A stretch of 64,000 nucleotides of DNA, taken from the NCBI GenBank assembly GCA_946965045.2, contig OX337232.1, positions 3,224,001-3,288,000 on the forward strand. The letters run 5' to 3'. The stretch comes from Epithemia pelagica (lineage: Eukaryota; Protista; Bacillariophyta). Each line of letters starts with the position of its first letter. Position 1 is the first letter of the stretch. The notes below the pieces were generated by a model, which saw only the letters and a list, made by a program, of their open reading frames with translations, searched no databases and had not been told where the DNA came from. Made by a program: the position numbers and the translations under genes. Positions 53,142 to 63,834 of the stretch are shown here, piece by piece.

Positions 53142-53564
53142 ATTCACACAAACCACAAGTTTCTCTCTCTCTCTCTCTCTCTCTCTTCGTCTGTCGCTTG
53201 GTTCACTTCTTCTTGTCTTTTGGGGTTTGGACAAAAAGTATGATCGAGCGTAGTGGGTTTTGCGGTGAAACCAGCCCAAAAACAAAGATACACATGATCA
53301 ACGTGATGCTCTACGAGCACGAGAGACCGAGCTCGTTTTGAGGTGAAAGATGAACAACGCGTGTGTGGAGGAGTGGGCCGGCGCTGGCATTTTGTTGGAA
53401 CGCGAGCACACCATCACCATTTGCGCGAAGGCTCATTTTATACGGCCTATTGTTGGTTGTCCATGGCCTTTTGTGACGTCGTCTCCATCCTGATTAGTAT
53501 GGTGGAGTCCCTCTACCCAACAATCAATAGAGCGATGTTGTTCTGGTTGTAGATGGTGGTTGTG

Positions 53565-55754
53565 TCATCGTTTGTGCTTGGGTGGCTCGGAACTGTTGTT
53601 GGAGACCTCCTCCTGTACTTGTTGTTCTTTCCAACGATGCAATTCGTCTTGAACCTGTTTCAATTCGGTTTTGCATTCAATGTATTTGGAAAAGTACTTG
53701 GTCCGTTCGTGGGAGGAATGCCACAAGAGGGCACGCATCGCATCGTCGTCTTGTTGTCGTTTGGGACTCTGGTGCAAGGCCCGTGCCAAGGTGGGCACCA
53801 CGGCCTGATCAAATTGCTCCAATCGATCCAACAGGGGTGGAATACAATCTTGCGCCCGAGTCCAGGCAACCTCATTGGTATACAAGTCTACCACAGTTGC
53901 CACAAAGTCGTCCACGGTGTCTGCCACACCACCACCAAAGGACGACAAGTCAATGGACCGTGTCGGTAATGGGTTGGACTGGCACCCGTCGCTGTCCATC
54001 GTATCGTCGTCGTTGTGGTTGTCGTTATTGTCGTCATGGTCCGAATGGTCCACCATACCGAGTCCTTCACTTCCAATCGATGTCGTGACGACGGGCAATC
54101 CATGCTTCCAGGCCTCGACAATTTTCCCCTTGAGTCCGGCCCCAAACCGAAGGGGTGCCACCAAGAGCCGGGAACCGGTCAGGACGTGCGACAAATCGGG
54201 ACAATATCCATGCCACTGAATACGATCCTGGTAGTCTTCTTGTTGTTGATGTGCTTGTTTGTAGCGTCGGTTCACGACCGGACGACGACGACGCCGACGA
54301 CGCACATGAGCACCGTAAATGTGCAATTGGACCTGGTGGGGCAAGTGGGGAGCCAGTCGAGGCCACACCACGTGTTCCAACAGGTGAATGGCATCGACAT
54401 TGGGCGCATGCCGAAAATTTCCCACAAAACACAAATCCTGACGACCGTGAAACGAGGATAACCCAAACGACGACTCGCCATTCCTAGTAGTAGTGGTCGC
54501 AGTATGCTCGTGCGCCAGAGGGAATGCGGGTCTTGTTTGGTTCTTGTTCTTGTGGTTCTCTGTTGGTGCACCTCGAGCAGAACTAGTCGTTGTACCAGAC
54601 AAGGCGGCTGGTACTTGGAGAAGGGGTGCCGTACACACTTTTTGGGGCGACACTCCAAACGACTTGGACACCAATTGGTGGGTTTCCCACGGCGAACACA
54701 CCAAGGTTACATCGCATCGATGGAGACTGGCCAATTCGCGCAACCACAATGGGTCGGATGCGGTCGGACGTTGGTGGAGCATGGTCGACGATACCAAGGG
54801 AGTTGGGTCATTGGTGTGGTTGTTCTTGGCGTCGTTGCCGTGTGGTGGTGGTTGTTCCACCAGACCTTGTCGAAGCGCCCGCAAACTATGCCAATCTTGC
54901 ATATCTAACACCATGAGTACCTTGGGGGACGACGAAGGACTGGATCCTTCCTGCTCCGTCTCGTTTCGTGCCGCAGTTGGAGTCGTTGTCCCAAAGAAGT
55001 GTTGGTAAAAGTGAAAGGAATACATTTCTTCGGCATAAAATCGATCAAAGACAATCACGACGGAGGATGGGGGCGGTGGTTCCGTTCCAGTCCTACTACT
55101 TGTGGTTGTGACTCGTGGCAAGTGTTGGTTCATCCAAGCTTGCATGGCTGTGGATTGATTGGGTGCCATGTGGACAAATTCAATACCATGGACGTGATGC
55201 AATTCTTGTTGCGTGGCCCATCGTGCCTCATCGACCGAACGGGTAGTGGTGGAGGTGGTGGTTGTCTGGATGTTGTTGTTGTCATTGTCGTTGTCGTTTG
55301 GATGGGATGGAGGCGCGGCGGCTGCCGAAAGGTAGTAGAGGCGATGGACGCCCGGTGCTTGGGCCAACCCTTGCAACAAGGCTCGTGTTCGTACGCCAGC
55401 GGCCGAAGCATGGGGTTCCGGCCACAGAGTCGAAACAAACACCACCACGGTTCCCTCGGGAAAGACGGCAGTGGTGGTCGTGCTGCTGCTGTCCTCGACG
55501 TCCTCCATTGGTTGGTTCTGGTTCTTGGTCTTGTTGTGGAACGAGTCCATCCTTGAAAGAGTTGCGGTGGGGGCGGTGGTGGAGAACCAGTGGCGATGTT
55601 TCCACCCACCAACGAATGGCCGCAGTCGCTGCTGTTGAGTGGAGGTTCTTGTTGGGATGTGTCGGATCGTTCTCCTTGCTGCTACTACTCGAAGGGGCGA
55701 CAGAATTCTACATTTGGCACTCCCACCAAACATCATCATCATCGTCATCATCAT
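53565..55754 (-). CDS. GT-B (GT4-like) glycosyltransferase with a putative mitochondrial presequence
   Basis: WPEPHASAAG, FDRFYAEE, FVGNFRHAPNVDAI, APLRFGAGLKGKIVEAWKHGLPVVTTSIGSEG. Intronless, with an Arg-rich, acid-free N-terminus. Confidence 0.85.
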   Translation of the reverse strand: MMMTMMMMFGGSAKCRILSPLRVVAARRTIRHIPTRTSTQQQRLRPFVGGWKHRHWFSTTAPTATLSRMDSFHNKTKNQNQPMEDVEDSSSTTTTAVFPEGTVVVFVSTLWPEPHASAAGVRTRALLQGLAQAPGVHRLYYLSAAAAPPSHPNDNDNDNNNIQTTTTSTTTRSVDEARWATQQELHHVHGIEFVHMAPNQSTAMQAWMNQHLPRVTTTSSRTGTEPPPPSSVVIVFDRFYAEEMYSFHFYQHFFGTTTPTAARNETEQEGSSPSSSPKVLMVLDMQDWHSLRALRQGLVEQPPPHGNDAKNNHTNDPTPLVSSTMLHQRPTASDPLWLRELASLHRCDVTLVCSPWETHQLVSKSFGVSPQKVCTAPLLQVPAALSGTTTSSARGAPTENHKNKNQTRPAFPLAHEHTATTTTRNGESSFGLSSFHGRQDLCFVGNFRHAPNVDAIHLLEHVVWPRLAPHLPHQVQLHIYGAHVRRRRRRRPVVNRRYKQAHQQQEDYQDRIQWHGYCPDLSHVLTGSRLLVAPLRFGAGLKGKIVEAWKHGLPVVTTSIGSEGLGMVDHSDHDDNNDNHNDDDTMDSDGCQSNPLPTRSIDLSSFGGGVADTVDDFVATVVDLYTNEVAWTRAQDCIPPLLDRLEQFDQAVVPTLARALHQSPKRQQDDDAMRALLWHSSHERTKYFSKYIECKTELKQVQDELHRWKEQQVQEEVSNNSSEPPKHKR

Positions 55755-56117
55755 GGTTGGATTGCGTAGTACCTCGTCATGTCGTCGTCGTCCTCATGGT
55801 GACATGATGCGAGAACCAAAAAATCTTTCTGGTTGCATAGATCCAAAAATGAAGGAAATCGCTTTTAGATCGCGGTAGAGTCGCTTTTGAGAAGCCGTTG
55901 GTTCTGGTTGGGATCATGACTGGTCGACTCACTGTTTCATGCCATAACAAACCTCTCACGTCATCGATATCATCCAGCCCAACAGAAATCTGATTGGGAT
56001 AGGTACACGATTGTAATTCTAATCGTACAACCAGTACGTCTTCCGGCACTCAATGCGGGAACCTTCAACTTCTTTGCAATAATGTTGGTCTGCAGCAGTT
56101 CGATCGAAGTCTTTCCT

Positions 56118-56640
56118 TGACAAAGGATGAAGGACTCCGGTCGTTACGACACAACAATCAAAGATACAACAAAGCGTTAGACAATTCAAGGCACCAACCA
56201 CGTAGCCAATCCCCCACGGGTCAAGGAAAAGGCCAACAACTACTAGAAGAGTAGGTAGGACACAAAGAGATGTGATGATGATGCTTTTTAGAATTGTGAG
56301 TGTTATCGTCTATGTTAGTGCTCGTTGTTGTTGTTCCCCCTTTTTCATCCATTTGTACTAGGTACGTAGAAATCTACACGCAGCATTGCTGGTTCGTGTG
56401 CATCTGACATCTAGATCGCATTCAATCGTCCCAAGATATCGCACATGTTCATGGATGATGTCTAGCTCATGTCCAAGGCCATTGAAAGCGCCTCCTATCG
56501 TATTCCCTTTTTCCCCATTGTCTAAACTACGATCTACATGTGCTAGGTGTTTGTATATTATGACGTCACAGCCAGATGAAACCACTAGGTATTGATCGTG
56601 ACTCATCGTACGATCAGTCACGGTCATCTACCTTGTGCGA
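56118..56640 (-). repeat. 3' LTR of family B (523 bp)
   Basis: No difference from the 5' LTR found by eye. Confidence 0.95.
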
Positions 56641-59600
56641 CTCCCCTTTCGTCTGTCTGTCTTGTTTTGGTTCATTGATCTTATCGTTCAAAGCACTAAC
56701 ATCACCTCGCCAGAATAGCAGAGGTTTAAGGAGTGGCCATCCCGTGACAAAATCCCAATTTTTAGTCAACACGTCAGCGGGATTGGTCTTGCCATCCTTC
56801 CAGTAAAACTTGATAGCCTTCGATGCCATACACTCACGTACACGGTTGTAGCTCAGAAAATGATGGCGTTTGCTAAGGATTGAATGTGGTACCGTACTAT
56901 TGGTTACCACTGACTTGTTATCTCCGAATAGGTAGCTAGAATCTCGTAGTGGTACTCCTAGGTAGCGAAGAAAAATGCGTAGTTCCATGATTTGATCACA
57001 TGCAATCCGTGCAGAGACAAATTCAGAGCCAAAGGTTGCAGTCTCAACCGTTGCCTGTCGCTTGGAGTACCAGTCCATGGGAGTTCCATTGACTAGGTGT
57101 AGAATCCCAGATGCTGATCTCCCCGTAATCATGTCGTGCTTTAGGTTAGCATCGACATAGGTAGTTGTAACAACGGGTAGACCCTTAGGTTCCGGTGCAT
57201 CTTTTGGAACTTCCTCTCGTGCTCCATCGTAAACGCGGAACCAGTCATAGTTTTGGTCTGGCAGATTGGAGTAGTCTGGTTCATGTAGTCTAAAACGGAT
57301 TGCTCCATGATACATGCCTGCTAGGTATCCAACAACTCGTTTTGCACGTTCCAAATGGCCAATTCGTGGAGCGGCACGGAATCTAGCCAATGTCATGACG
57401 GAAGTGAAGATGTCAAAGCGACCTATAGTCACCACCCATTGCAGTTGCCCTATAATGGATTGATAGATGGCAATGTCCTTTTCTTCACATAGCTCGCTAT
57501 CATCTAATTCAGGATGATCTTGCCGGTCTAATGGAGTCTTGTACTTTTTCGGTTTGTTCCCGAATAAGATTTCATACCCTTCGAGTATCTTCTCAACGTA
57601 TCGTCTGGGGTCCCCAACCAATGTTCCATCTGGTTCTCTCTTGTATGTACACCCTAGGTGATATGCTATTGGGCCCACACCTTTGAGTTTGAATTTAAAT
57701 TTTTCAGTGAAAGTATCACAAATTTCTTTCGGGTTCTTTGCAGCAATTGCTAGGTCGTCTACATAAACTGCTATGTACTCGTAGACACCGTGCTCTTCGT
57801 TTAGCTTAAACCAGATGTCAGGTTCAATCTTGCATGGTTTAAATCCCATTTCTTGTAAGACGTCGTAGAGTTTATCATGCCATCGTGCTCCACTGGTCAC
57901 AAGTCCGTAAAGTGCCTTATCAAAAATCAAGATTTTTCCTTCCAAATCTCCAAATTCAGGACCAGCTATGATGAATAGCTTCTCCTTTGTTTGTGCTTCT
58001 AGGTAAGCATTTCCAATGTCAGCTGCCCAGATCTCCAGCTTGTTCAGTTCACTGAGGAAGATAACTAGACGTAGGCCACGTATTGATACCACTCCTGAGT
58101 AGCTTGACATAGACGGGTCTCGTATAGTCAAATGCCCATCAGCTACAAGTCTAGCTTTTCGACGTCCATCATGTTTGACATCGAAAACTAGGTGAACTCT
58201 CAACCGTTGGTATCCTTCAGGAGCATTCATAAGCTTCCCATTTTGAAAAATAGCCTTATCCCGGACTAGGAATGTCTTATATTGATGAATGACTTGATCT
58301 AGCTCCAGTTCAGTTGCTTTTGACCATAAGTTATTCTTGTTCTGAACATCTAGCAGGATAGCTTCATCATAATCCCGTGGGACTTGCACGCCAAAACGGT
58401 ACTTGATTTGCGCGCGAGAATTACGCCGGATCATCTTTTTCTTGGCTTGCTGCAAATGTCGACGGAGTGTCTTGATGAGTCGTTTTTCAGTCTTGACGTA
58501 TTTAGCTAGGTGCTTCCAGCCATCTAAGTCGAGTAGGCCATTATTCTTGGCATAGATAGCGCATAGCAAAGGATCATCACTAGCTATGAAAGAAAGAGGC
58601 TCATAGCTAGTCTCCCCATTTTCCCATTCGACAAGAACGTTGTAGCTAGATCCCTTGTAATGAGCATCAGTAGGTTTGAGAGGACCTTGATGAGCAGTGA
58701 TTTGCCGCATGCGATACTCTTGCTCAGAGAAAACAACGTCGTCAGGATCATGATCTAGATGATTGAGAAGTTCATTGTAAGTGACAATCTCACGAAGGCG
58801 ACCTTCATCATATTCCACTTCAAAACTGAGGTCTTCAAAACGTTTTCGGTCACGATAAGCTTGATCTTGGACCATAGCAACAACTAACCCACGGAAACGC
58901 TCCCCAGTTTCCAGTTTAGGGCCAAGAAATTTACGGCCAAGTAGATCATGTGGATCTATAGTAGGCATAGGAGGTGTAGATCCAGAAGAACTATCTTCAT
59001 GACGACCTCTGACATGAACTATCTCCCCTTTTTCTGGATCTAGACGTCGGTTAGGTAAAGAAGAGATAGCACTACGAATAGTAGACCGAAACAAAATCGT
59101 AGAGGTCTCATCAGTAAGGATCTTCCATGTTAATGGATCCCCAACCCCAGTACCAAAACCTACCCAACGACCTTTAGATTCATTACCAGTAGAAGGGTAA
59201 GAAGATCGATCAGGATCATAAGAAAAATAAATTGGTTCCCAGAAATAATGAGCAAGTAAGAAACTGACATCAGGAGTGGAGCCCGTCAGGCGCTCAATGG
59301 GGGTGCGACCGTTAAGCGCCGGCGAAGCAAGGTGGTTAAGCACGGTCGACGCATAGTCTAGGGCAAGTAACCAGCAGCTAGGTGGACAACCAGAGGTATT
59401 GAGAATAAGATTAGTCCAGCGCTTAAGAGTAGAGTACCGATTTTCAGCAAAATTCTGATGCTGATGATGAGGTTCAGATGTGTACTGAGAAATAAACAAA
59501 GACCGTAGGATGTCTTGTACCTTCTTAGAAACTAAAGCCTGAGCACGATCACTGATTAAAACGTCCATAGCTCCCCGTAGTCGGATATTATCCTCAAGGG

Positions 59601-62241
59601 TATTGACGAATTGAGCATCGGATTTGACTCCATACACATCGCAAACAAGGGTATCTCTTCCAACAAAAATCTGAGCAGCCTTAGAACCATTATCAATAGC
59701 AGGTGTATCAGCAAAGACTGTATCAGTGGCAACCCCTTCACGACGACGAGCGATATTGAGCACAGGGTTACGAGTGCGAAAGTGCTTCTTGAGATAATCA
59801 TGAGGGGAAAATCCCACATAGCGTGTAGAAACCTTAAAGGTATTAGCTATGCTATCAGCCGATGCCCAAGCAAAATAAGGACGTAGGGCTTCAAAATCTT
59901 CAGATTTCAGAGATTGTTGATGATAACGACTATGTTGAAAGTCGACGGCACCAGCTAGGTTCGTCTGTTGATGAAGGGTAAGAATCTGAGAAACTAGGTT
60001 GACGCGATGAACATAGTCTCCAGTCGCAGAAAAATCACGATCAATAGGGTCTGGGTTGACAAGATCCATCCAATCAGAATGTGTATCAGGATTGGACGAA
60101 TGAGAATGGTCCATGACGTCAGGATTCCATTCATCGGGTGATGTAAAGACGACATGAGGATAGGTAGCTAGGTCATTATCAGTAGGAATGCCTAGACTAT
60201 CCAAATAGACAAGTCCACCCTTAAAGATCAAAGGTAAGGCATAACCGTCTAGAGTCTCAATACGCTGTCGACCACCGACAAGAACTGACTTGTCATCAAC
60301 AAGAGTCTTGAAATATTCCATTTGTGGCGGAGAGTGAATCGAACGACCTTTTCCAAGGTAAGCATACTCATGGAAAATACCAACGATTGTACCTAGCTGT
60401 GTAGAATAAAGACCTGCAGCGGTAACAATGTCCAAGCCAGTTACCTCGTGATTATCAATGCCAATAATGTTAATCTTTCGACCAGTTTTATGGATAATCT
60501 TCAAATCACTCCCAGCTAAACCACCATTGGCCCCTCTATCAATCAACTGAAAGGTAGGATTAAGGTTAGCCTTGGAGAAGCGATAGGTAGCATTGATAGA
60601 GAAACTAACACCCTTAGATTTAGCCTTGTTGGCAGAAAGGACGCGCTGAATATCAGATTCAGGATAATCAGTTTGCTCATGTAACATTGTGAGAAGCTGA
60701 TCAGGACTAGGATCAGACTCAGTAGCAACAGCAGCTTCTTGGCAAGCTTCTTCAGTATTATCAGTAGCTGTTGGATTTTCATCAGCAGATGATTCACTAA
60801 CCTCATGTAGGTTCGTTTGACGAGGTTTAGAATTAGGTGAGTTAGCCAAGATACGTTTATTGTGTGCTTTTAGCATCTCTTTAACTTCATCTGAAGTAGC
60901 ATCCCAAATATCCTTAGGGAGAAAAATGCGCTGAGTACGAGTATCAACGCGATTACGAGTCCGATTAGCTTGAAAAATAGATACAAGATCTTCTTGAATG
61001 AAATCATCATGAGAACTAGAATGATCAGAGTCAAAAATATCGTGATCACACTGTTGGGAAGCATAAGCTCGTCGTTTAGATCCATTCTTGCTAGCTAAGT
61101 GCTGATCAAATTGAAAAGCAGCATTAGTCAACACACGATAGTAGTCATCATAGGACATCTTTGCATGAGTCCCAGATTGGGATTTAAGAAAATCATCGAA
61201 AATCTTGACACGTCGAAGATCTTCATTACCATCCACAGCTTGCATGAGAAAAGTAGTACGTGAAAAATCAGGTAGCTTTTGGCTAGAATCACATAGACTA
61301 TCTAAGAGACGTAGTTGTTCATTGAAATGAAGCAAGAACTGGGATGTAGTGCCTCTCCATGCTGAATCAAGGCGAATGTTTGTAAGATAGGCAGTAAGAC
61401 GCATGATTTCCTTGCGTGACAACTCGGAGTCCGTATGATGAGTGCGTAACTCATCTAGGACGGCTGTAGCATCCATGTCCGTAGTATGGGCACGAATGAT
61501 AGCACGACCTTTATCAGTTTGTAAACAACGAACTAAAACTGAATATAGAAAGATCTGTTGTTCTCGGTAAAGAGCAGAGGCAGCAGGATCTGTGGAATCC
61601 ACAACAAAAGAAGGATCCAAAACATTGCCTAATCCTTGAGCAAGTGCAGTAGCACGAAAACTACGCATAAAGGGGTCATAGTTTTTCTCTTCCTTGAGTA
61701 CTTCATATGCCGTTGAGTCACGTTTAATGCCTTTACGAAAGGTAGTCAAATCTTGCTGGGACTGAGACGAGTTAGACATAGTAGACTTCCCCCCCGGAGT
61801 GCCAAGAGATGGAGTACCCGGAGTAGACGGCACGTTTAAGGCCTGAGACTGAGAAGGAGTAGGAAAATAAGTCCCGATGCGAAACCGACCATAATCCTCG
61901 CGGGTAAGTGCTAACCAGTCATCAGCAACAAAGAAACGCTGAGCTATAGAGTGAAGATGATTAGCCCAAAGAAGGAAAGCACGAATTTGCTTAGCGAAGG
62001 TAGGATGTAATTTCTGGGTCTTAGACTGTCGCTTAGTTTTAAATTCAAGGTCATCCGCAAGGGTTTCAGGATCGAAGACATACAACTCAAGAAACTCAGA
62101 GAAGTTTAAAAATTTGTGATGAGTAAACCAGTCTTGGAAATCACTAAGGCGATCTGGGGGTTGATTCAAGATCGTAGTAAAGATGTGCTGAAAAACTGGA
62201 TCCTGGGAAAGATCTACTGCATTCTCAGTCGGTTCCGTCAT
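56614..62241 (-). CDS. Copia gag-pol polyprotein (1,875 aa)
   Basis: PR LIDRGANGG; IN ATDTV/ISDRA/FAENR; RT KARLVADGH, AADIGNAYL, YVDDL; RH YVDAN, SEFVSA, FGDNKSV, DVLTK. Confidence 0.96.
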   Translation of the reverse strand: MTEPTENAVDLSQDPVFQHIFTTILNQPPDRLSDFQDWFTHHKFLNFSEFLELYVFDPETLADDLEFKTKRQSKTQKLHPTFAKQIRAFLLWANHLHSIAQRFFVADDWLALTREDYGRFRIGTYFPTPSQSQALNVPSTPGTPSLGTPGGKSTMSNSSQSQQDLTTFRKGIKRDSTAYEVLKEEKNYDPFMRSFRATALAQGLGNVLDPSFVVDSTDPAASALYREQQIFLYSVLVRCLQTDKGRAIIRAHTTDMDATAVLDELRTHHTDSELSRKEIMRLTAYLTNIRLDSAWRGTTSQFLLHFNEQLRLLDSLCDSSQKLPDFSRTTFLMQAVDGNEDLRRVKIFDDFLKSQSGTHAKMSYDDYYRVLTNAAFQFDQHLASKNGSKRRAYASQQCDHDIFDSDHSSSHDDFIQEDLVSIFQANRTRNRVDTRTQRIFLPKDIWDATSDEVKEMLKAHNKRILANSPNSKPRQTNLHEVSESSADENPTATDNTEEACQEAAVATESDPSPDQLLTMLHEQTDYPESDIQRVLSANKAKSKGVSFSINATYRFSKANLNPTFQLIDRGANGGLAGSDLKIIHKTGRKINIIGIDNHEVTGLDIVTAAGLYSTQLGTIVGIFHEYAYLGKGRSIHSPPQMEYFKTLVDDKSVLVGGRQRIETLDGYALPLIFKGGLVYLDSLGIPTDNDLATYPHVVFTSPDEWNPDVMDHSHSSNPDTHSDWMDLVNPDPIDRDFSATGDYVHRVNLVSQILTLHQQTNLAGAVDFQHSRYHQQSLKSEDFEALRPYFAWASADSIANTFKVSTRYVGFSPHDYLKKHFRTRNPVLNIARRREGVATDTVFADTPAIDNGSKAAQIFVGRDTLVCDVYGVKSDAQFVNTLEDNIRLRGAMDVLISDRAQALVSKKVQDILRSLFISQYTSEPHHQHQNFAENRYSTLKRWTNLILNTSGCPPSCWLLALDYASTVLNHLASPALNGRTPIERLTGSTPDVSFLLAHYFWEPIYFSYDPDRSSYPSTGNESKGRWVGFGTGVGDPLTWKILTDETSTILFRSTIRSAISSLPNRRLDPEKGEIVHVRGRHEDSSSGSTPPMPTIDPHDLLGRKFLGPKLETGERFRGLVVAMVQDQAYRDRKRFEDLSFEVEYDEGRLREIVTYNELLNHLDHDPDDVVFSEQEYRMRQITAHQGPLKPTDAHYKGSSYNVLVEWENGETSYEPLSFIASDDPLLCAIYAKNNGLLDLDGWKHLAKYVKTEKRLIKTLRRHLQQAKKKMIRRNSRAQIKYRFGVQVPRDYDEAILLDVQNKNNLWSKATELELDQVIHQYKTFLVRDKAIFQNGKLMNAPEGYQRLRVHLVFDVKHDGRRKARLVADGHLTIRDPSMSSYSGVVSIRGLRLVIFLSELNKLEIWAADIGNAYLEAQTKEKLFIIAGPEFGDLEGKILIFDKALYGLVTSGARWHDKLYDVLQEMGFKPCKIEPDIWFKLNEEHGVYEYIAVYVDDLAIAAKNPKEICDTFTEKFKFKLKGVGPIAYHLGCTYKREPDGTLVGDPRRYVEKILEGYEILFGNKPKKYKTPLDRQDHPELDDSELCEEKDIAIYQSIIGQLQWVVTIGRFDIFTSVMTLARFRAAPRIGHLERAKRVVGYLAGMYHGAIRFRLHEPDYSNLPDQNYDWFRVYDGAREEVPKDAPEPKGLPVVTTTYVDANLKHDMITGRSASGILHLVNGTPMDWYSKRQATVETATFGSEFVSARIACDQIMELRIFLRYLGVPLRDSSYLFGDNKSVVTNSTVPHSILSKRHHFLSYNRVRECMASKAIKFYWKDGKTNPADVLTKNWDFVTGWPLLKPLLFWRGDVSALNDKINEPKQDRQTKGESHKVDDRD

Positions 62242-63300
62242 GATATCAGTAAACTAGGTAGAACTAGGTGAAAAACTTGAATATCTTGAGCGGAGATAGG
62301 ATGAAGTTACTACTGAAGAGCCCTCTAAATCAAATTCACCAGGTAGTAGCCTACTTGTATCCGTCTCCAAAAACTTGAAAAACTTGAAAATAAAACCAAA
62401 TAAAACACTTGAAATCAAACCGATTGAAAATAAAACTCCAAGCAGAGGTGCTATTCAGAACCGGGAGCAATGTCACGGGGCTCGCTGAGCGAAGCTAATT
62501 AGAATGTGACGCGCTTCCACTGCAGTCTTTAGGCTAGGTTGCTACCCGAGGGTAACGAAGAACTAGCAAGATCTGACGGTGTCTGTTCTTGACTCCACAC
62601 ACCGGGATTGCCAATCCCTAGCCCAAACTCCACGTGTAGGAAGGAAAAGAAGCGATCAAAAGGCGGGAAAACCAAGAACAATCGCGCACCAGGAAGGTAA
62701 CGTCTGGCGGTTAAGCAATCTGTCCACAGCGCAAAGATAGAGAGCCTGATCGCTTGGCGGGCGACAGCAACAGATGCGTTGTTAGTAACGAGCACGTGTG
62801 CCGGAGCACGCGAAGTAGTACCTGTTGAGTACCTTAACTTCGCCCCCTGACGGTATCCAGCCGGTCTGGCAAGGATCGCCCTCTTTTCGGCCTTGCGGCT
62901 TACTTGTACGTAAAGTACGGGATGGGGATACGACAGTCTCGCGGGGACTGGGAGTTGGGTTGCCCGTGGGATTGGTTACCTCGGATAGTTCCCCCAACTC
63001 TGTTTTCGGACACAGACAAGAAACGACGAAAAACAAAATTCGATGCCGACAATGAAGATTTTTCGACAACGATAAGACGACAACCAACCGACCCAACAAC
63101 CAACCAAATGGATGAATCGATCGAATATGACGAGACGGAGAGGACGGGATATGAGAATCAATCCCTCTGAACGAATTTTACCTTCGGAAGTAAGAGTGAA
63201 CCGAACAAACACAAACAACGCAAGAGATCGGTCAAAGACAACAATCAACCAAACGATTCGGAAAGGAGACGAGAACAACAATCAACAGGCGTGCTGTTGA

Positions 63301-63311
63301 GACTGTTAATC
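63301..63311 (-). promoter_or_regulatory. Primer-binding site complementary to the tRNA-Asn(GUU) anticodon stem-loop
   Basis: Element-sense GATTAACAGTC abuts the 5' LTR. Its complement GACTGTTAATC is CT-GTT-AA with two flanking stem pairs. Confidence 0.72.
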
Positions 63312-63834
63312 TGACAAAGGATGAAGGACTCCGGTCGTTACGACACAACAATCAAAGATACAACAAAGCGTTAGACAATTCAAGGCACCAACCACGTAGC
63401 CAATCCCCCACGGGTCAAGGAAAAGGCCAACAACTACTAGAAGAGTAGGTAGGACACAAAGAGATGTGATGATGATGCTTTTTAGAATTGTGAGTGTTAT
63501 CGTCTATGTTAGTGCTCGTTGTTGTTGTTCCCCCTTTTTCATCCATTTGTACTAGGTACGTAGAAATCTACACGCAGCATTGCTGGTTCGTGTGCATCTG
63601 ACATCTAGATCGCATTCAATCGTCCCAAGATATCGCACATGTTCATGGATGATGTCTAGCTCATGTCCAAGGCCATTGAAAGCGCCTCCTATCGTATTCC
63701 CTTTTTCCCCATTGTCTAAACTACGATCTACATGTGCTAGGTGTTTGTATATTATGACGTCACAGCCAGATGAAACCACTAGGTATTGATCGTGACTCAT
63801 CGTACGATCAGTCACGGTCATCTACCTTGTGCGA
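63312..63834 (-). repeat. 5' LTR of family B (523 bp; element-sense TCGCAC...TTGTCA)
   Basis: Direct repeat, with boundaries fixed by the TSD. Confidence 0.95.

Larger units (their letters stand above)
56118..63834 (-). mobile_element. Full-length Copia (CoDi-like) family B element, 7,717 bp
   Basis: 523-bp LTRs at 56118-56640 and 63312-63834; TSD TTCCT at 56113-56117 and 63835-63839; PPT GAAAGGGGAG (56641-56650). Confidence 0.97.

Noticed and set aside
53162-53186. (TC)n microsatellite
   Set aside because: An ordinary 5'-UTR simple repeat. It also makes the TTG-initiated extension of the 1,902-aa ORF implausible.
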